Assembly (NCBI RefSeq): GCF_009914755.1
Contig: NC_060930.1
Source of the DNA: the human T2T-CHM13v2.0 reference genome, Homo sapiens
Length of the DNA: 64,000 nt
Strand: one strand, 5' to 3'
Below, in pieces: positions 55,450-64,000 of the stretch. Below the pieces are notes generated by a model. The model made no database searches. It worked only from the letters and a program-made list of their open reading frames with translations, and was not told the origin of the DNA. The position numbers and the translations under genes were made by a program. The first letter of the stretch is position 1. Every line of letters starts with the position of its first letter.

Positions 55450-55781
55450 GTAAGAGCTTTCCCACCCCCGACCCTGGGCAGTGGTCAGGCCCTGAGGCCT
55501 GGGAGGTCTGCTTCTCACAAACACAATTACAGATTGTGTTTATGGCCTGGGAGTGCAAAAAATCAAATATGCTGTTTAATTGTTGGGTGTCTGTTTGCAG
55601 AAATAATAATGATAATTGGCGACTCATCACATGCCACTTGCCCAGGAGAGCCCAGGCTCAAAGGGCATGAACTGCGTGTTGGTTTGCAATGAGCCTTTTT
55701 ACTGTTCAGACCACGGTTGGCTTCCCCCAGAATGGATTGTCTTCTGGTATTTGAGGTGCAAACCTGGGAACCACTGGAATA

Positions 55782-57661
55782 ACCAACCCTGCACCTGAGC
55801 TCCAACCAAATGTTAGGAACTCACCAACCCTGCTCCTGAGCTCCAACCAAATGTTAGGAACTCACCAACCCTCTACCTGAGCTCCAACCAAATGTTAGGA
55901 ACTCACCACCCCTGTACCTGAGCTCCAACCAAATGTTAGGAACTCACCAACCCTGTACCTGAGCTCCAACCAGATGTTAGGAACTCACCACCCCTGTACC
56001 TGAGCTCCAACCAGATGTTAGGAACTCACCAACCCTGCACCTGAGCTCCAACCAGATGTTAGGAACTCACCAACCCTGCACCTGAGCTCCAACCAGATGT
56101 TAGGAACTCACCAACCCTGCACCTGAGCTCCAACCAGATGTTAGGAACTCACCAACCCTGCACCTGAGCTCCAACCAGATGTTAGGAACTCACCAACCCT
56201 GCACCTGAGCTCCAACCAGATGTTAGGAACTCACCAACCCTGCTCCTGAGCTCCAACCAAATGTTAGGAACTCACCAACCCTGTACCTGAGCTCCAACCA
56301 AATGTTAGGAACTCACCAACCCTGTACCTGAGCTCCAACCAGATGTTAGGAACTCACCAACCCTGCACCTGAGCTCCAACCAAATGTTAGGAACTCACCA
56401 ACCCTGCACCTGAGCTCCAACCAGATGTTAGGAACTCACCAACCCTGCTCCTGAGCTCCAACCAAATGTTAGGAACTCACCAACCCTCTACCTGAGCTCC
56501 AACCAAATGTTAGGAACTCACCAACCCTCTACCTGAGCTCCAACCAAATGTTAGGAACTCACCACCCCTCTACCTGAGCTCCAACCAAATGTTAGGAACT
56601 CACCACCCCTGCACCTGAGCTCCAACCAAATGTTAGGAACTCACCACCCCTGCACCTGAGCTCCAACCAAATGTTAGGAACTCACCACCCCTGTACCTGA
56701 GCTCCAACCAGATGTTAGGAACTCACCAACCCTGCACCTGAGCTCCAACCAGATGTTAGGAACTCACCAACCCTGCACCTGAGCTCCAACCAGATGTTAG
56801 GAACTCACCAACCCTGCACCTGAGCTCCAACCAGATGTTAGGAACTCACCAACCCTGCACCTGAGCTCCAACCAGATGTTAGGAACTCACCAACCCTGCA
56901 CCTGAGCTCCAACCAGATGTTAGGAACTCACCAACCCTGCACCTGAGCTCCAACCAGATGTTAGGAACTCACCAACCCTGCACCTGAGCTCCAACCAGAT
57001 GTTAGGAACTCACCAACCCTGCACCTGAGCTCCAACCAGATGTTAGGAACTCACCAACCCTGCACCTGAGCTCCAACCAGATGTTAGGAACTCACCAACC
57101 CTGCACCTGAGCTCCAACCAGATGTTAGGAACTCACCAACCCTGCACCTGAGCTCCAACCAGATGTTAGGAACTCACCAACCCTGCACCTGAGCTCCAAC
57201 CAGATGTTAGGAACTCACCAACCCTGCACCTGAGCTCCAACCAGATGTTAGGAACTCACCAACCCTGCACCTGAGCTCCAACCAGATGTTAGGAACTCAC
57301 CAACCCTGCACCTGAGCTCCAACCAGATGTTAGGAACTCACCAACCCTGCACCTGAGCTCCAACCAGATGTTAGGAACTCACCAACCCTGCACCTGAGCT
57401 CCAACCAGATGTTAGGAACTCACCAACCCTACACCTGAGCTCCAACCAGATGTTAGGAACTCACCAACCCTGCACCTGAGCTCCAACCAGATGTTAGGAA
57501 CTCACCAACCCTGCACCTGAGCTCCAACCAGATGTTAGGAACTCACCAACCCTGCACCTGAGCTCCAACCAGATGTTAGGAACTCACCAACCCTGCACCT
57601 GAGCTCCAACCAGATGTTAGGAACTCACCAACCCTGCACCTGAGCTCCAACTAAACGTTAG
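55782..57661. repeat. 41-bp VNTR, about 46 copies
   Basis: ACCAACCCTGCACCTGAGCTCCAACCAGATGTTAGGAACTC; period 41 (55782, 55823). Confidence 0.98.
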
Positions 57662-57879
57662 GCCAGTTCACAAGCCGTAAAATCATTGCTGTGGCCCAGA
57701 CCAGTTATTCCAATGGTTATAGCAGTTTTAACAATTGAAAATACTTTTTTTTGTGGGCCTGGCCTACCCAACCGTGACAGGAAGTAAGAGAAACCTGTGA
57801 TGGCCAGAGCCCAGATGTTCTTAGGAGGCAAGCCAGGAGAAGCCGGGTCTGACTTTTCAGCTCAGAGACAGCACTGTGA

Positions 57880-58425
57880 GATGCGTGCATGCCCTGATCC
57901 CACTGCACATGCGTGCTAGATACTCCTGCATGTGTGTGCTGGATCCTACTGCATGTGTGTACTAGATACCCTGCACATGTGTGCCAGATCCCCCTGCACA
58001 TGTGTGCTGGATCCCCTCACACGTGTGTGCTAGATCCCCCTGCACGTGTGTACTAGATTTCCCTCACACATGTGTGCTAGATCCCTTGCACATGTATCCT
58101 GGATCCCCTCACACATGTGTGCTAGATTCCCCTGCATGTGTGTGCTAAATCCCACTGCACATGTGTGCCAGATTCCCCTTCATGTATGTGCTGGATCTCC
58201 CTGCCCACTTGTGCTAGATCTCACTGCACGTATGTGCTCGATCCCTTGCATGTGTGAGCTAGATCCCCCATATGTGTGTGCTAGATCCCACTGTACACAT
58301 GTACTGGATCCCACTGCGCGTGTGTGCTGGATCCCCCGTATGTGTGTGCTAGATCCCACTGTACACGTGTACTGGATCCCACTGCACATGTGTGCTGGAT
58401 CTCATTCCACATGTGCATTAGCTCT
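57880..58425. repeat. Degenerate ~24-26-bp minisatellite (GATCCCACTGCACATGTGTGCTA)
   Basis: About 20 or more diverged units, most containing GATCC and CACATGTG-like palindromes. Confidence 0.9.
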
Positions 58426-58613
58426 CACTGTCCTTGGGGATCTGTTTCCTGATTTGTGTAATACTTGCTGGGTAGGGCTAGTAGACACCGCTCAAATCTC
58501 TGTCGTTTATGACTCTTTTATTTGTTGTCAACTCGATAACAAATGTGGAAGAGAAAACAAGCTTGAGACTGTGTTGTGGAGGGCTGATTCACCGTGGTCT
58601 TTAAAATCCTCCT

Positions 58614-58970
<357 letters not shown>

Positions 58971-59987
58971 TCAGCTGTGAGACAGGGGCCCTTTGATCTG
59001 ACCTGGACTGAGGGCTCCTGGAGGAGGCAGTGATCATCGTCTGCCTCCTCTTCTCAGTGTCCTAGTGCTTGTCTTGATAGTCACTCAGTGCTGTTCAACC
59101 AAATTAGGGCAAGCCTAGATCTGTGTCATGGCGACGCACTTCCTGCTAATTTCTCTGTGAAAAGTCAGCTCTGAAAAATTAAGCTTTAGTTTGAAGCTTT
59201 TTGTATAGGGTCTTTGTGGTTAATGCACGTCCTGCCGTCCTGATGATGTCTTCACGGGAGAGCAGATGGCTGTACCTATGGCCGCCTCCCTTCGCTCTGT
59301 ATGCAGGAGGCTGCCCCCTGTGCTGGCCCGGCCATCCGATGAGGTCAGAGAGAATCCTCAGTTATGTTCAATGTTCTGTCTCCATCAAGGACTCTTTGGC
59401 AAGTGTGGGAGGAGCTGGCCTCTAATAAGACAAAAAAGAAAAGAAATCACTCTGGGCTGATCAACTGCAATGCATGAAGGCAGCAAATGCCCACTCACCA
59501 CTGTGGGAAGAGGGGCACTAAATGTGCTGCCAAGGTCTGGCAAGGCTCATGATCCAATATCCAATCCTACTTCATGGCTCAAGACCTCATTTCATTTTCA
59601 CAGCCATCCTGAGGGGGACGAGGTCACAGACAGATGCTGCCATCCCTGACACTTGCAGACAAGGACACACAGGCACTGCAGTCATCAGCACTTTGATCTG
59701 AGTCTTCCTCAGCAGTGCTGCATGCAGCAAGGGCAGTGCTGTTGGAAATCGTCCATTCTGCTGGGCTACACTTGCTGTTAGGGCTCCTTCGCCCACACCA
59801 GCATACACCTGCAACCCTCCAGGCATTTGGATGGAAAACCAAGGATGCCTATTCTCAGTAGTTGCCCATGTGTGATTTCCCCCTTGCTTTTCCCTTTCTC
59901 TGTATTCAGCACCTGCCCACTGGGTTTCCTGAGCACTTCTCTCTTACTGCCACCCGATACTGCTTTTGGCTTCTTGGACTGGGACTG

Positions 59988-60348
59988 TGTCTTAGTCCAT
60001 TTTGTGCTGCTATAACAGAACACCATGGATGGGATACCTTATGAACACAAACGTATTAGCTTATGGGTCTAGAGGCTGGGCAGTCCAAGATTGTGGAATC
60101 AGCATCTGGTGAGGGCCTTTGTGCTGTGTCATCCCCAAATAGAAGGGCGAAGAGAGGGTGAGAAAGAGAGAGAGAGCAAGGGGGGCCAAACACATTCTTT
60201 CCTAGGAGCCCACTCCCAATATAATGGCATTCACCTATTCGTGAGGGCAGAGTCCTCATGATGCAGACCTCTTAAACCTCCCAACGCCTCTGTATTAGGG
60301 ATTGAGTTTCCAGCACATGAACTTTGGGCTCACCTTCAGACCATAACA
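59988..60348 (-). mobile_element. Older MaLR LTR (MSTC/MSTD/MLT1A-like), antisense
   Basis: TGTCTTAGTCCATTTTGTGCTGCTATAACAGAACACC...GAGGCTGGGCAGTCCAAGAT...TTCAGACCATAACA; near-TSD GACTG/GGCTG. Confidence 0.8.
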
Positions 60349-61256
60349 GGCTGCTTTCTTCACTTCCTGTGCTTTTTCTCTTATTTTGGTCCCTGCTCAG
60401 GATCCCAGAAGACAAATGGTGTTTTGCTCTTTGAGACTTAAAACCTACAAGCAGGGTCCACATGGGAGGCCTGGGGGACTGATGGGGAGATGGAGAGCAG
60501 GTGGCTGCCAGATCTGCAGCTGGGGCCAGGGAACCATGGTGTCCCTCACCCCTGATGGTTCCACAGAGAGGGAAGATGAACACCCACCCAGTGATTCATG
60601 AAGGGAGCTGCTCACATTCTGCTGTTGCCCCATCTGCATGTGATGAGTGACACCTTGTGGCACCTGGGGGCTTCCTGTGTGGCTCCTCCTCTGTTACGGA
60701 AACCAGTCTCTGCATTTCTGTAGAAGGCTAATTTTTATGGTCATAATGAGAAAATTAAGGATGGGTAGAGCCAAGTGTAGATCTGTTTCTAACTTTTAAT
60801 CTTCTTCCATTCCTGGGTGGTGCAGGCTGGTCTTCTCTTTGCAAGGACTCCATCCTGTTAGCCGTTGTCAGGTGGCTTGAGTAGCACCTGAAACGTAAGC
60901 CACGCATGGCTTCTGCCCTCCTCAGCCTGGTGCTACAGGGTCATGTGGTCCATGGCCCTTGCTGGGGCAGATTCCTGTCTACTAATTTCTTCAATTAAAC
61001 CGAAGTGAATGTTGACTCTTTGTAAGGGGGTTGGATGAGTTCCAGCAATTGGCGGGTTTTCAGGTAGAGTAATTGGGCCCAGAGCTGTGATTATGGTGAC
61101 AGAATTTTGAAAATTTCGGGATGAAACGATTTCAAGATGGATCCACAGCAGTTAAGAAGATGTTCTGTTCTCCTGGAGGCCCTGCTCCTAAGTCACCCTT
61201 CCAGAGGAACCCATAGCTCCCCTCATCCTGCATCACCTGCAGGACACAGCTCAGAC

Positions 61257-61492
61257 TGTGTGTGTGTGTGGAGTATGTGTATGTGTGGTGTGTGTGGTGT
61301 GTGTGTGTGGAGTGTGTGTATGTGTGGTGTGTGTGGTGTGTGTGTATATGGTGTGTGTGTATGGTGTGTGTGTGTAAATATGGGGTGTGTGTGTTTATGG
61401 TGTGTGGGGGTGTGGTGTGTATGTGTGTGTGTGGCGTGTGGGGTGTGTGTGTGAGTGGTGTGGTGTATGTATGTGTATAGCATGTGGTGTGT
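61257..61492. repeat. Degenerate (TG)n tract
   Basis: TGTGTGTGGTGTGTATG low-complexity sequence. Confidence 0.93.
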
Positions 61493-61802
61493 AAACACTA
61501 ATACTGGCGCTCTGGGCTGGATCAAGCTCTGTTAGGGCAAATGTCTGGCATTCATCTATGTGTCCTACTATTTTAAAACATAATGTATTGATAAGAATTT
61601 TGAGGTGTCATTTGGCAAACAGATCAGGAGACAATTGAAAAGATAATTTGTTACTCACAGATCCCAAGGAGAAGAGGCCATGCTGTGCTGTCGGGGGCCA
61701 CATGTGAAGCACCAGGGTCAGCCAAGAGACAGAGGGAGCAAGGGACTGGCCCTGAGCCCTCATCATGATTTCCCAGGCAGGCTTGCCTATAAATGAGGTG
61801 GC

Positions 61803-64000
61803 CAGGTTATAGGCTGGGTGAGGGTGGAGGTTGTAGGGTTGGTGAGAGTGGAGGTTGTTGGCTGGTTGAGGGTGGAAGTTATAGTATTGGTGAGGGTGGA
61901 GGTTGTAGTATGGGTGAGGGTGGAGGTTGTAGTATGGGTGAGGGTAGAGGTTGTAGGTTGGGTGAGGGTGGAGGTTGTAGGTTGGGTGAAGGTGAAGGTT
62001 GTTTGCTGGTTGAGGGTGGAGGTTATAATATGGGTGAGGGTGGAGGTTGTATTGTGAGTGAGGGTGGAGGTTGTAGGCTGGGTAAGGGTAGAGGTTGTAG
62101 CTTGGATGAGGGTGGCAGTTGTAGGTTGGGTGATGGTGGAGGCTATAGTATGGGTGAGGGTAGAGGTTTTAGGTTGGTGAGGGTAGAGGTTGTAGGTTGG
62201 GTGAGGGTGGAGGTTGTTGGCTGGTTGATGGTGGAGGTTATAGTATGGGTGAGGGTGGAGGTTTTTTGGTGATTGAGGGTGGAGGTTGTAGGCTGGGTAA
62301 GGGTAGATAGAGATTGTAGCTTGGATGAGGGTGGCGGTTGTAGGCTGGGTGAGGGTGGTGGTTGTAGGTTGGGTGATGGTGGAGGTTATAGTATGGGTGA
62401 GGGTAGAGGTTTTAGGTTGGTGAGGGTAGAGGTTGTAGGTTGGGTGAGGGTGGAGGTTGTTGGCTGGTTGATGGTGGAGGTTATAGTATGGGTGAGGGTG
62501 GAGGTTTGGTGATTGAGGGTGGAGGTTGTAGGCTAGGTGAGGGTAGAGGTTGTAGGTTGAGTGAGGGTGGAGGTTGTAGGTTGGGTGAGGTTGTAGATTA
62601 GAGGCTGGGTGAGGGTGTTGGTTGTTGTCTGGGTGAGAGTGGGGGTTGTAGGCTGGGTGAGGGTGGAGGTTGTAGGTTGGATAAGGGTGGAGGTTGTAGG
62701 TTGGGTGAGGATGGAGGTTGTTGGCTGGGTGAGGATGGAGGTTGTAGGTTGAGTCAGGGTGGAGGTTGTAGGTTGGGTGAGGGTGGAGGTTGTAGGCTGA
62801 GTGAGGGTGGAGGTTGTAGGTTGGGTGAGGGTGGAGGTTGTAGGCCGAGTGAGGGTGGAGGTTGTAGGCTGGGTGAGGGTGGAGGTTGTTAGCTAGGTAA
62901 GGGTGGAGGTTGTAGGTTGGGTGAGGCTGGAGATTATTGGCTGGAGGAGGGTGGAGGTTGTAGGTTGGGTGAGGATGGAGGTTGTAGGTTGGGTTAGGGT
63001 GGAGGTTGTTGTCTGGGTGAGGGTGGAGGTTGTAGGTTGTGTGAGGATGGAGATTGTTGGCTGGATGAGGGTGGAGGTTGTAGGTTGGGTGAGGGTGGAG
63101 GTTGTAGGTTGGGTGAGGATGGAAGTTGTAGGTTGGGTGAGGTTGTAGATTATAGGTTGAGTGAGGGTGGAGGTTGTTGTCTGGGTGAGGATGGAAGTTG
63201 TTGGCTGGGTGAAGGTGGAGGTTGTAGGTTGAGTAAGGGTGGAGGTTGTAGGTTGGGTGAGGGTGGAGGTTGTAGGCTGAGTGAGGGTGGAGGTTGTAGG
63301 TTGGGTGAGGGTGGAGGTTGTTGGCTAGGTAAGGGTGGAGGTTGTAGGTTGTGTGAGGCTGGAGATTGTTGGCTGGATGAGGGTGGAGGTTGTAGGTTGG
63401 GTGAGGATGGAGGTTGTAGGTTGGGTGAGGTTGTAGATTATAGGCTGAGTGAGGGTGGAGGTTGTAGATTGGGTGAGGGTGGAGGTTGTTGACTGGGTAA
63501 GGGTAGAGGTTGTAGGTTGTGTGAGGATGGAGATTGTTGGCTGGATGAGGGTGGAGGTTGTAGGTTGGGTGAGGTTGGAGGTTGTAGGCTGGGTGAGGGT
63601 GGAGGTTGTAGGCTGAGTGAGGGTGGAGGTTGTAGGTTGGGTGAGGGTGGAGGTTGTTGGCTAGGTAAGGGTGGAGGTTGTAGGTTGTGTGAGGCTGGAG
63701 ATTGTTGGCTGGATGAGGGTGGAGGTTGTAGGTTGGGTGAGGATGGAGGTTGTAGGTTGGGTGAGGGTGGAGGTTGTAGGTAGGGTGAGGGTGGAGGTTG
63801 TAGGCTGAGTGAGGGTGGAGGTTGTAGGTTGGGTGAGGATGGAGGTTGTAGGTTGGGTGAGGTTGTAGATTATAGGCTGAGTGAGGGTGGAGGTTGTAGA
63901 TTGGGTGAGGGTGGAGGTTGTTGACTGGGTAAGGGTAGAGGTTGTAGGTTGTGTGAGGATGGAGATTGTTGGCTGGATGAGGGTGGAGGTTGTAGGTTGG
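61803..64000. repeat. G-rich 24-bp minisatellite, about 90 units, running off the window end
   Basis: GGGTGAGGGTGGAGGTTGTAGGTT consensus with variants; 432-bp higher-order duplication (TTGACTGGGT at 63489 and 63921). Confidence 0.97.

Noticed and set aside
55450-55670. In-frame extension of exon 11 (SKSFPTPDP...)
   Set aside because: A donor at 55450 matches the recalled SMOC2 protein continuation, and no clear poly(A) signal follows the read-through stop.
55782-57661. CRISPR-like regular array
   Set aside because: Head-to-tail units with no unique spacers, eukaryotic context and no cas genes.
61793-64000. Gly/Cys-rich keratin-associated-like ORFs (GEGGGCRL)n, or an interstitial telomere
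   Set aside because: The ORFs are fragmentary readings of the 24-bp repeat. Only one TTAGGG was noticed (62994) and the period is 24, not 6.

Overview
Primate (almost certainly human) genomic DNA covering the 3' part of SMOC2 (SPARC-related modular calcium-binding protein 2; chr6q27 from recall) on the + strand. Four internal coding exons are present: 1004-1190, 10411-10493, 52899-53001 and 55175-55449 (exons 8-11 by recalled numbering). All have canonical AG/GT ends and join in frame to encode the second thyroglobulin type-1 domain and the EF-hand EC domain. Start and stop codons lie outside the window. The rest is intron (about 9.2 kb, 42.4 kb, 2.2 kb and >8.5 kb). It carries seven full Alus plus a FLAM, three THE1/MST LTRs and an older MaLR LTR, a MER11 solo LTR with a perfect TSD, a MER57-type LTR, L1/L2/MIR remnants, and roughly 10 kb of minisatellites and simple repeats. 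The long ORFs in the ORF track outside these exons are repeat artefacts. Four hypotheses stand out, all inference and none tested: (1) C-rich and G-rich VNTR arrays that are quasi-complementary in the pre-mRNA, plus inverted Alus, bracket the in-frame exon 10-11 module, whose circle would be a stop-free ORF; (2) a sense THE1 LTR has a DUX4-type motif, a TATA box and an ATG that would splice in frame to exon 10; (3) a 5' splice site is regenerated at the exon 8/9 junction; (4) a polyadenylated retrocopy of a MER57 LTR R region sits in intron 9.
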